A DNA stretch of 64,000 nt from a virus (taxonomy: Duplodnaviria; Caudoviricetes), in IMG/VR virus record IMGVR_UViG_2595698649_000001, positions 64,001-128,000 of that record; one strand, given 5' to 3'. Positions 47,128 to 55,246 of the stretch are shown here, piece by piece. The notes beneath the pieces are model-generated. The model was not told the origin of the DNA. It saw only the letters and a program-made list of their open reading frames with translations, and searched no databases. Within the stretch, counting starts at the first letter, position 1. Each line of letters begins with the position of its first letter. Made by a program: the position numbers and the translations under genes.

Positions 47128-47718
47128 ATGAAATACTCCGCATTTAAAGCGGAGACTTTAAACCTACACCTAGTTCAGGAACAGGACAGTCTCCCAACTA
47201 TATACTGTGACATGGACGGTGTACTTTGTGATTTTGTGGCAGGCATTGATAAGATGTTTACGCTCAAGTCTAAAGATCCATCTATGCCTGGACCAATGCA
47301 AACCAATGGTTACTCAGATACAGACGATTGGTTAAAAGCGCCAATGAGTTCATTGAAATGGCAACCTATACATAACTACCCTATGTTTTGGCCGACACTA
47401 CCGTGGATGAAAGACGGTCTAAAGTTATGGTCATACATAAGCAAGTTTAAACCACATATTTTATCAGCATATACACCACACGATAAGAACAGTATTAAGG
47501 GTAAAAGACTGTGGATACAAAGGAATTTAAGACTTACTGACCAAAGTAGAATACACTTAGTCAGACGTAAAGAGAAGAAACTTTACGCTAATGGTAATGT
47601 ATTAATTGATGATTATGGTAGAAATGTGAAAGAATGGAAAACAAACAAAGGTATCCCAGTTAAGCATAAATCAACTGCTGAAACGATTTCTAAGTTGAGA
47701 AAACTAGGATATGTATAA
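47128..47718 (+). CDS. HAD-family 5'(3')-nucleotidase-like phosphatase
   Basis: IYCDMDGVLCDF, ILSA, K..W and VLIDD motifs; N-terminus MKYSAFK..LVQE. Confidence 0.85.
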   Translation: MKYSAFKAETLNLHLVQEQDSLPTIYCDMDGVLCDFVAGIDKMFTLKSKDPSMPGPMQTNGYSDTDDWLKAPMSSLKWQPIHNYPMFWPTLPWMKDGLKLWSYISKFKPHILSAYTPHDKNSIKGKRLWIQRNLRLTDQSRIHLVRRKEKKLYANGNVLIDDYGRNVKEWKTNKGIPVKHKSTAETISKLRKLGYV

Positions 47719-47721
47719 ATA
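47714..47721 (+). promoter_or_regulatory. Late promoter TATAAATA
   Basis: Exact consensus before the structural gene at 47768. Confidence 0.75.
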
Positions 47722-47767
47722 GTAACAGTTAACTAACAAAATTTAACTTATTAATAAGGAGAAAAAC

Positions 47768-48358
47768 ATGGGACTATGGGGAGCAACAGACGCTGATGAA
47801 AGCAAACCTAAGAACCTAACCACGGCAGAGAAAAAAGAAGTATTTGCCAATACAAAAGGTTGGGTAAGGGAAGCAGGATCAAGTGCGTCAGGAAACGACA
47901 ACACTAGTGCTGACGAGGAAGTTTTGGTCGCTATAGGCGGACTATCATCTTCTTTAGGCGCTGCTGACATAACAGAAATTGAATGGATTACAACAACAGC
48001 AGATAAGTCTGCTGGGTTTACACTTTCAGCAAGATTAAGATTTAATGAACCAGTAAACGTTGTTACTACGGGTGGAACACCTACTTTAGCAGTAACTAAC
48101 GGTAACCAAGGATCAGGTACAGGAAGAGGACCTCACAACTTGGCATATGCAAGTGGAACAGGTACTAACGAATTAGTATTCTCATTAGCAATTGGTGCGG
48201 CTAACGCTGCTACAAATGCAGATGACGTATTAGTTTTTGGTGCAAATCCATTAGCACTAAACTCAGGCACAATTAAAGATGTACAAGGTACTAACGCAAC
48301 TATAACAAGTGTTGCAAGTATTGGTACAGCGGCTGGAACTGTTACAGTTGTAGCATAA
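47768..48358 (+). CDS. Virion structural/decoration protein with Ig-like domain
   Basis: MGLWG N-terminus; FNEPVNV..GTPTL...YASGTGTNELVF Ig-like signature; Gly/Thr/Ala-rich. Confidence 0.65.
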   Translation: MGLWGATDADESKPKNLTTAEKKEVFANTKGWVREAGSSASGNDNTSADEEVLVAIGGLSSSLGAADITEIEWITTTADKSAGFTLSARLRFNEPVNVVTTGGTPTLAVTNGNQGSGTGRGPHNLAYASGTGTNELVFSLAIGAANAATNADDVLVFGANPLALNSGTIKDVQGTNATITSVASIGTAAGTVTVVA

Positions 48359-48367
48359 TAAATAAGA

Positions 48368-48453
48368 TTATTACGAGGGTACTCAGTACCCTCATAATGA
48401 TAGCAGTTAAGCATATGCGTACTGCTAGTAGCATTCCCCAAATACATAAGGGG
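48368..48453 (+). promoter_or_regulatory. Structured intergenic leader with three hairpins
   Basis: GAGGGTAC/GTACCCTC, TAGCAGT/ACTGCTA and CCCC/GGGG stems after ATAAATA. Confidence 0.45.
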
Positions 48454-48473
48454 TTTATATAAGGAGAAAAAAA

Positions 48474-49145
48474 ATGGCTGACAAAAAAATAACAGCACTT
48501 ACAGACCTGGGTTCAGGTAACATAGCAAGTGCTGACTTACTTCATGTAATTGATGATCCATCAGGAACACCAATTAACAAAAAAATCTCAGTAGCAAGTT
48601 TATTCGCAAACGTTCCAACTGCTGTAGCAATCAATCCAGGTGCAAGTGCTAATGTAACAATTAACGCTAACGCAACTGATAGTGACTTTATCGTTTCAAA
48701 TGATGACGAAGAAGCATTTAGAGTTGATGGTGCTAACAGAGAAGTTGTAATTAACGAAGCTTCAGGTCAAACAGATTTAAGAGCAGAGACAAACTCTTAC
48801 TCTGCTGCTTTACTTGTTGACGCTTCTGCTGACCAAGTACAAGTTAACGCAACTCCAGTTTTTGGATTAACACAAGCAATATCAGGCGCAGGTGCTATTG
48901 ATGTTGTATCTGCTATTACTGAAATAGTAACTACAGGTACTAACGCATACACATTTGCTGACGGTGTTGAGGGACAAATTAAGTTCCTAGTTATGAAAAC
49001 TGACGGTGGTGTAGGTACTGTAACTCCATCTAACTTTGCAAGTGGTTCTACAATCGCTTTCAATGATGTAGGTGATACAGCATTCTTACTATTCACTAAC
49101 GGTAACTGGCAACTAATTTCACACTTTGGTTGTACAATAGCGTAA
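48474..49145 (+). CDS. Virion fibre/structural protein
   Basis: [13 protein letters not shown]-terminus typical of fibre anchors; beta-rich. Confidence 0.65.
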   Translation: MADKKITALTDLGSGNIASADLLHVIDDPSGTPINKKISVASLFANVPTAVAINPGASANVTINANATDSDFIVSNDDEEAFRVDGANREVVINEASGQTDLRAETNSYSAALLVDASADQVQVNATPVFGLTQAISGAGAIDVVSAITEIVTTGTNAYTFADGVEGQIKFLVMKTDGGVGTVTPSNFASGSTIAFNDVGDTAFLLFTNGNWQLISHFGCTIA

Positions 49146-49158
49146 TAATTAATTAGTG

Positions 49159-49181
49159 AGGGCGCTACGGCGCCCTTTCTT
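49159..49181 (+). terminator. Terminator with C(UACG)G tetraloop
   Basis: AGGGCGC-TACG-GCGCCCT-TTCTT. Confidence 0.8.
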
Positions 49182-49195
49182 AACATGAGGATAAT

Positions 49196-49390
49196 ATGAA
49201 AGAAAATATTGAAGCGAAATTAAAAGTTTTAGAAGACAATCGTTCAAAAGTATCTGAACAGATACAAAATGGTGAACAATTGTTAACGAAAGCAAAGGCA
49301 GACTTAAACGCAATTCAAGGTGCGATACAAGTTTGTCAACAATTATTAGAGGAAGTAAAAGGAGATAAGAATGACGGAACAAAAGATTAG
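49196..49390 (+). CDS. Small coiled-coil protein
   Basis: Heptad pattern; GAGG SD. Confidence 0.6.
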   Translation: MKENIEAKLKVLEDNRSKVSEQIQNGEQLLTKAKADLNAIQGAIQVCQQLLEEVKGDKNDGTKD

Positions 49391-49595
49391 ATATGGCGCT
49401 GGTGGCGTTCCTTACTACGAAAAGGCAGACGCAATTGAGACTGAGAAAAAAGAGTTAGAAACTTCTTATCAACAATCTATCGCTAATAAGGAAGAAAGAA
49501 CTTCCAAAAAGAAAAAGAAAACTAAAAAAGTAATTCAGGAAATCATGGGAGATGACCTGGTAGAAAACAAGGAGATGTTAGATGAAATCATTTAA
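49371..49595 (+). CDS. Small hypothetical protein
   Basis: AGGAG SD; coupled to neighbours. Confidence 0.55.
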   Translation: MTEQKIRYGAGGVPYYEKADAIETEKKELETSYQQSIANKEERTSKKKKKTKKVIQEIMGDDLVENKEMLDEII

Positions 49596-49995
49596 AGATT
49601 TTCAAAACGTAAACGAAAAAACTACTCCTGTTAACGCACCTTCAGAAAGTGATATGCACCTTAATGATATTACTAATGACGAAATCGTCGCTAGAATTAA
49701 TAACTTTGTAGGTTCAATTGCAAGCATGGAACATATTAATCCATCAGCTGCAGTAAATCATTTGAGAAGTAAACTACACGGTTTAGGTGTAGAAATGGTT
49801 GGTGAGTTACCAGAGTTTGTTGAAAAGAATGGTACAGTAAGTATTCCACTATCTAAATTTGGTGGCGTATATGGTAAAACAGGTGAAGAACCTGCTAGTG
49901 AAGTTAAAAATGATGACGGTATTGAAAGACAATTAAAAATCAAATACGAGACATTAGATAACGGAGCATGCAAGGTTTACGCTGAATTAGTATAA
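49582..49995 (+). CDS. Hypothetical protein with capsid-targeting-like N-terminus
   Basis: MKSFKDFQNVNE resembles T4 IPI MKTFKEF...ITE. Confidence 0.6.
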   Translation: MKSFKDFQNVNEKTTPVNAPSESDMHLNDITNDEIVARINNFVGSIASMEHINPSAAVNHLRSKLHGLGVEMVGELPEFVEKNGTVSIPLSKFGGVYGKTGEEPASEVKNDDGIERQLKIKYETLDNGACKVYAELV

Positions 49996-50004
49996 GCGTA
50001 GATA

Positions 50005-50370
50005 ATGAGGTTTGATAAATTAACTAAGGACAATGTCCTGATGTTTGCATTGAAACATTATGAAAACCATCAAGCGACAAGCGAGAAGGAATTTTATGAT
50101 GATATGAAGCGATTTAAATATCTGAAAAGACTATTTAAGAAATATAGTAAATCAGGTATTATTAAAGAGCGATTGATTATGAACCATATCATAGTGTTAG
50201 CGAATGTGTTTGGTCCAGACGCAGTAAAAGTTTTATTGTTTTTTAAAATTGACCAGATTTATTGGACGCAGTTGAAAACATTTTTAATATTCTTAAATTA
50301 TATGACGGCAGATGAATTGAAACAAATCTCATTAGATGGAACTTTGTTAAAGGCATTAAAGGAAATATAA
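50005..50370 (+). CDS. Conserved T4-like marine phage hypothetical protein
   Basis: F..LT.DN..MFA.KHY...EFYDDMKRFKYLKRL...ERLIMNH. Confidence 0.7.
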   Translation: MRFDKLTKDNVLMFALKHYENHQATSEKEFYDDMKRFKYLKRLFKKYSKSGIIKERLIMNHIIVLANVFGPDAVKVLLFFKIDQIYWTQLKTFLIFLNYMTADELKQISLDGTLLKALKEI

Positions 50371-50976
50371 ATGGCAAGTACAGCAATAGACGCTTTTATT
50401 ACATTTCGTTTTTTGAAACTATTAGTTACACCATTTAATAAAACTGAGGCATTTAAACTTGGTATTATTGATGAGAGAGGTAAAGTTTTAAAAAAGTATA
50501 AGACACTTGAGCGAATAGAAGAAAGGCAAGCATATACTATTTTACACAGGTTGGTTTTCAATGTAAAGAAATTGATTGAAAAAGTTCCTGGTGGTAAGTC
50601 CAGATTGGCGAGTTATGCGGCCGCTCTATTTCTTATTAAAGAGCATGTTGCTGAAATGAATGATAGTGACGGTCAACTACTTGAAAAAGAGTTTTATAAA
50701 TATTTAAAAGACAATGACTTACTTGAAGAAGAAGACAACGAGATTAAGGAAGAAGTTGCATTTGGTGATAAACTTTTGAAAGGTACTTACAAGTTAGTAC
50801 AAAGTGTAGGTACAGATGAAGAAGACAAAATTATAGGTAAAAAAGGTGACAAAGTTTCTGTTTATGCAGACCAAGTTGCTAAAGATAATGTTATGGGACA
50901 AGATGTTTTTGAAGTGATACATGATGATAGTAAACAAGTATTATTAGTAACAATAGAAGACATAGAAGAAGCATGA
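50371..50976 (+). CDS. Conserved T4-like marine phage hypothetical protein
   Basis: IDAFITFRFLKLLVTPF..TEAFKLGIID..G; SYAAALFLIKE. Confidence 0.7.
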   Translation: MASTAIDAFITFRFLKLLVTPFNKTEAFKLGIIDERGKVLKKYKTLERIEERQAYTILHRLVFNVKKLIEKVPGGKSRLASYAAALFLIKEHVAEMNDSDGQLLEKEFYKYLKDNDLLEEEDNEIKEEVAFGDKLLKGTYKLVQSVGTDEEDKIIGKKGDKVSVYADQVAKDNVMGQDVFEVIHDDSKQVLLVTIEDIEEA

Positions 50977-51344
50977 GAACATACAGAGCATTCAAAAAAG
51001 ATCCAGATGTCGTAGAGGCAATGGACATGGCGGCTAGACGAAAGAAAGCAATCAGAATGAGAAGAATGGCAAAGCGTATGGTGATTGCAAGAAAACGATC
51101 CATGAAAAGAATGGCAACTCCAGATATTTTAAAGAAGCGTGCCACTAAACAAGCAAAGAATATGTTGATTAAAAAATTTACTAAAGGTATGGATAAAAGT
51201 GATATGACAATTACAAAAAGAGCAGAGATTGAAAAAAGATTAAAGAAGATGGCAAGTAGAATTAAAACTATCTCACTAAAACTAATACCTAAGATAAGAC
51301 AAAAAGAACAAGCAAGACGTAAACAAATGGGTGGTGGAAAATAA
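50973..51344 (+). CDS. Highly basic (Arg/Lys) protein, possible DNA-condensing internal protein
   Basis: MRTYRAFK..VVE| leader followed by an extremely basic helical body. Confidence 0.6.
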   Translation: MRTYRAFKKDPDVVEAMDMAARRKKAIRMRRMAKRMVIARKRSMKRMATPDILKKRATKQAKNMLIKKFTKGMDKSDMTITKRAEIEKRLKKMASRIKTISLKLIPKIRQKEQARRKQMGGGK

Positions 51345-51346
51345 TT

Positions 51347-52426
51347 ATGAAAACATTTACAGATTTTAGCACAGACTTACTTAGATTAAAAACGCAACTA
51401 GAAGGCAAACAACAAGAAGATATTGCTAATGTTGCAGGTGACGGTGCAGTTTCTATGCCACCTACTGCCAGAAAAGTTGTTAAAAAGAAAAAAACATTTA
51501 GTGTATCTCCACAAGTCTTTGATATGTTCAGACGAGGTAAGAAGAAGTTTGAAAAATGGTCTAAGTATCTAAACTTAGAAGATGAAAGTCAAAGAGCATT
51601 ATACAGTTGGGCAATCAAAAATCATCACGGTGTTATTATCTTACAAAATGCTGTAACAGGTGAAGTAAGAGCAATCAGACATAATAGAATGGGTGGTGGA
51701 CAATGGCACAAATTAAGTCGTGGTATTGTAGGTGAAGATAAAGATATGCCTAAAGCAGTATTAGATGACGCTGAAGAAATAGTAAAAGAATTAAAGAAGA
51801 AGAAAGCAGACTTTGCTAAGAGATATGGTAAAGACGCTAAAAAAGTTATGTATGCAACTGCTATGAAAATGGCAAAAGCAAAGAATGGTATTGAAAGTAA
51901 ACAATTTGGTAAAATGATACAACAGATTAAATCTAGTATTGAAAACTTAGGTCAACAAAACGAAGACTTTAATTCAAAGATAGAAAATCAATTGTATGAA
52001 ACACCAGCAATTGCTAACGAAAACAATATCAATATTCTAAAAGATATTGTCTTAAAGAATGAAAGACAAAAGATAAATTTTGACAAACATGGAAGTATGA
52101 GAGTATTTCCAGAAGAAGCAAATATATTACTAAAAGTATATAATGAACTAAGAGACGACCTAAAAGAAAAGTTTACAAAGATGTTAAACTTCAATCAAAT
52201 GGGTCTTAAAAGTTTAAAAAATATGTGTTATGAAATTGCTACTTATGGTGAACCACAAGGTCTAGCAAGACCTATTGCTGATATAGGCAATATGAAATCA
52301 CCACGAAGCAGACCGGCATATGCCTTAAATGCAAATAAGAAAAAGAAAAAAGAAACGGCAGTAGGTCCTGGTATGAACACATATAAACCACAAATGAATT
52401 TAATAGCAAAAAAGAAAAGGGACTAA
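51347..52426 (+). CDS. Modular putative internal head polyprotein
   Basis: MKTFTDF...QLE leader; modules bounded by QQE, VGE, IE, QNE and LYE; KRYGKDAKKVMYATAMKMAK module. Confidence 0.6.
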   Translation: MKTFTDFSTDLLRLKTQLEGKQQEDIANVAGDGAVSMPPTARKVVKKKKTFSVSPQVFDMFRRGKKKFEKWSKYLNLEDESQRALYSWAIKNHHGVIILQNAVTGEVRAIRHNRMGGGQWHKLSRGIVGEDKDMPKAVLDDAEEIVKELKKKKADFAKRYGKDAKKVMYATAMKMAKAKNGIESKQFGKMIQQIKSSIENLGQQNEDFNSKIENQLYETPAIANENNINILKDIVLKNERQKINFDKHGSMRVFPEEANILLKVYNELRDDLKEKFTKMLNFNQMGLKSLKNMCYEIATYGEPQGLARPIADIGNMKSPRSRPAYALNANKKKKKETAVGPGMNTYKPQMNLIAKKKRD

Positions 52427-52427
52427 T

Positions 52428-53033
52428 ATGGAACTAGTTATCGCTTTGGCAATGAAATTCTGGCAATGGTCAATACTAATTGCCTTAATAATAATAGGTT
52501 TTATTGTTAACCTACTTGATAAGAAAGACAATAGCAATAGAATAGGTTTTAAATATACAGAATTTCCTCACATGAAACCAATACCAATTGCAACAAAAGG
52601 TAAAGGTTTTTGGAAAGGTATACTAATGTGGTTGTTAGGTACTAGACAATGGGAAATAGTAAAAGATTTCAGATACTCATTGGGTGGATCAGAATATGTT
52701 ATACCAGCAGGTTTCAAATTTGATGGTGCAAGTATACCAAAATTCTTACATACATTTTTATCACCAGTAGGTGTATTATTAATGGGTGGTCTTGTACACG
52801 ATTATATGTACAAGTATCAAGCACAATTAGTATATAATAAAAATTATCAGGTACCAGAACTACCAGTTACAACTGTACCTGTTAATCAAAAAAGAGCAGA
52901 CCAAATCTTTAGAGATATTAATATAGAGATTAATGGTTTCTTTCTTATGAATTACTTAGCATACTGGTCATTAAGACTAGGTGGCTTTATGGCGTGGAAC
53001 AAACACCGTAAAGTTGACGCTAAGATTAAATAA
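52428..53033 (+). CDS. DUF1353-like membrane protein
   Basis: IPAGFKFDGASIP, VHDYMY and AD.IF motifs; N-terminal TM helix. Confidence 0.75.
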   Translation: MELVIALAMKFWQWSILIALIIIGFIVNLLDKKDNSNRIGFKYTEFPHMKPIPIATKGKGFWKGILMWLLGTRQWEIVKDFRYSLGGSEYVIPAGFKFDGASIPKFLHTFLSPVGVLLMGGLVHDYMYKYQAQLVYNKNYQVPELPVTTVPVNQKRADQIFRDINIEINGFFLMNYLAYWSLRLGGFMAWNKHRKVDAKIK

Positions 53034-53048
53034 GATAAATAGAAAATA

Positions 53049-53497
53049 ATGTTTAGTAGTTTGAAAATAGGTTTGATTTTATTAATGCTTGCAGGTGCAG
53101 GTGGTGGTTTTCTATATGTAAAGAAATTACAAAAAGATAATGAAATACTAAAACTTAATCAAGCGAAGTTAGAGACGGCAGTTGAAGACCAAAAAGGTGT
53201 CATTGACCAACAAATCAAAGACTTTGCAAAAATTAGAAGTACATTAGAGACTGTTCAAAAAGAAAAGAAAAATTAGAAAAAGACAAAAACGATTTATCTA
53301 AAAGACTAGGTAAACACGACATTGGTAACTTAGCAGAAAACAAACCTAAGTTAGTAGAAAAAATAATAAATGGTGCTTCAAAGAAAGCTCTAAGATGTAT
53401 AGAGATTGCAAGTGGATCACCTTTAACAGAGGAAGAATTAAATGGTAAACCTAACAAAGAGTGTCCTTCTTTTTGGCCTGATACTGTTACTGACTAA
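53049..53497 (+). CDS. Putative inner-membrane spanin (frameshift at A-run 53268-53272)
   Basis: N-terminal TM plus long coiled coil; the -1 frame continues LEKDKNDLSKRLG...RCIEIASG..ECPSFW to stop 53497. Confidence 0.6.
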
Positions 53498-53797
53498 TTG
53501 TGCAGCTGCAGTAAAAGAGATATCTACTTATAAGGTAGAAAAAAAAAGGAACCGTTATCTTTACCTGCCCCGTCCCCTTTAGAATTACAGGATGTAAAAT
53601 GGGTTATAATAACTAAAGACAATGCTGAAGAAGTTTTTGAACAACTAAAAGCAGATGGTGGTGATTATGCTTTATTCGCCTTGACTGACAAGGGTTATGA
53701 ACAACTTGCTTTGAACATTGCTGATATACGAACAGCACTTACTATGCAAAGACAAATAATCATATCTTATCAGGAGTATTACGAAGGTGGAGAATAA
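53442..53797 (+). CDS. Putative outer-membrane spanin lipoprotein (frameshift near 53539-53549; not in ORF track)
   Basis: MVNLTKSVLLFGLILLLTNC lipobox; continues EPLSLPAPSPLELQDVKW...YEQLALNIADIR; overlaps the end of the upstream gene. Confidence 0.6.
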
Positions 53798-54209
53798 CGG
53801 TAAAACTTTACAAGAATTAGTTAAAGATGTTGCTGCCATAAAGGCAGATAACAAAGCGTCTGAACAAGTACATATGAGACTTGATGAAGCGATTTCCAAA
53901 CTAACAGATATTTCCTCTAGTCTTAAAAGTATGTTAGCAGTACAAGAAGAAAAGATTAGGCGTGTTGATATGTCCCAAGAGGATTTGATGTCCTTAATGG
54001 AACAAAGAAGACGAGAATGGAACGAAGATTTAGAAAATTTACACTCTAGGATTTCCACACAATCCAGAGAATTACGAGAGGCACTTGATAAACTAGATAG
54101 AAGACTTGATGAGCGAGTAGGAGTCCTAGAAAAATGGCGTTGGCTAATTATTGGCGGCGCCATACTAGTAGGATTCCTTATGCAAAAGATGGAGTTTTCT
54201 CTATTTTAG
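53787..54209 (+). CDS. Coiled-coil protein with C-terminal TM (holin/XhlA-like candidate)
   Basis: RVGVLEKWRWLIIGGAILVG C-terminus; GTG start. Confidence 0.5.
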   Translation: MENNGKTLQELVKDVAAIKADNKASEQVHMRLDEAISKLTDISSSLKSMLAVQEEKIRRVDMSQEDLMSLMEQRRREWNEDLENLHSRISTQSRELREALDKLDRRLDERVGVLEKWRWLIIGGAILVGFLMQKMEFSLF

Positions 54210-54212
54210 AGC

Positions 54213-54241
54213 TTGACTTTTTTGCTGTATTGTGATATAAT
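54213..54241 (+). promoter_or_regulatory. Sigma70-type promoter for primase/nrd operon
   Basis: TTGACT-N17-TATAAT with TG extension. Confidence 0.8.
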
Positions 54242-54252
54242 ATATAATTATT

Positions 54253-55245
54253 ATGTCGGCATTAGATATTCAGTATATACACACAATCTCACACAAACTT
54301 GATAGGTTTAAAAAGAAGTCACAAAACTTATACAACTTTAGATGTGTCTATTGTGGTGATAGTCAAAAGAAACAAACAAAGGCAAGAGCATACATTTATA
54401 GAGTAAAAAATGATATGTTCTACAAATGCCATAACTGTGGCAAAGGTACAACGATTGCTAAGTTATTAGAATACTTAGACCCTACTACTTACAAACAATA
54501 CATTGTTGAAAAATATAAATCAGGTAATACTGCTTCAGTAAAACAACCTGACTTTGAATTTAAACCTGTGAAGTTTGATGATAAGAAGTTAAAAGGTTTA
54601 ATTAAGTTTACAGATTTACCAGAAGGTCACCCAGCACTAGGTTTTATTACAAAAAGAAAACTAGACGAACATAAAGATAAATTTTATTTCTGTCATAAGT
54701 TTATGACATGGGTTAATACCTTAATACCAAATAAGTTTCCCACAATAAAAAACGACCATCCAAGAGTAGTTATCCCTTTCTATGATATCAAAGGTAATGT
54801 CTTTGCGTTCCAAGGACGTGCCTTTGGCATTGAAGAACCTAAGTACATAACTATTAAACTAGATGTAAACAAAAGACGTGTATATGGATTAGATAGATTG
54901 AATATGAACGAACAAGTAAAGATTGTAGAAGGTCCAATAGATAGTATGTTTTTAAAAAATGCCATTGCAGTTGCAGGTAGTGATTTAGAAATGAAACAGT
55001 TAAAGAACAAAGCTGTGTATATCTTTGACAATGAACCAAGAAGTATAGAAATAATAAAAAAAATGGAAAAAATGATTGAGAAGAATTATCAAGTGTTTAT
55101 ATGGCCGAAAAATATAAAAGTTAAGGATATAAACGATTTAATATGTGAAAATATTTCCGCTCCTGAGATAGAAAAGATTATAAGTAGTAATACATTTTCA
55201 AACTTATCAGCACAACAACAACTTAATAACTGGAAAGAGGTATAG
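54253..55245 (+). CDS. gp61: DNA primase
   Basis: NFRCVYCGDS, CHNC, FQGR, VEGPIDS, DNEPR and KDIND motifs. Confidence 0.95.
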   Translation: MSALDIQYIHTISHKLDRFKKKSQNLYNFRCVYCGDSQKKQTKARAYIYRVKNDMFYKCHNCGKGTTIAKLLEYLDPTTYKQYIVEKYKSGNTASVKQPDFEFKPVKFDDKKLKGLIKFTDLPEGHPALGFITKRKLDEHKDKFYFCHKFMTWVNTLIPNKFPTIKNDHPRVVIPFYDIKGNVFAFQGRAFGIEEPKYITIKLDVNKRRVYGLDRLNMNEQVKIVEGPIDSMFLKNAIAVAGSDLEMKQLKNKAVYIFDNEPRSIEIIKKMEKMIEKNYQVFIWPKNIKVKDINDLICENISAPEIEKIISSNTFSNLSAQQQLNNWKEV

Positions 55246-55246
55246 A

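Noticed and set aside
9182-53549. Five split genes (gp22, JmjC, 2OG oxygenase 28454, both spanins) as pseudogenes
   Set aside because: Each is repaired by adding one base at an A-run, restoring family motifs and stop/start overlaps. This pattern is typical of long-read homopolymer errors, and gp22 is essential.
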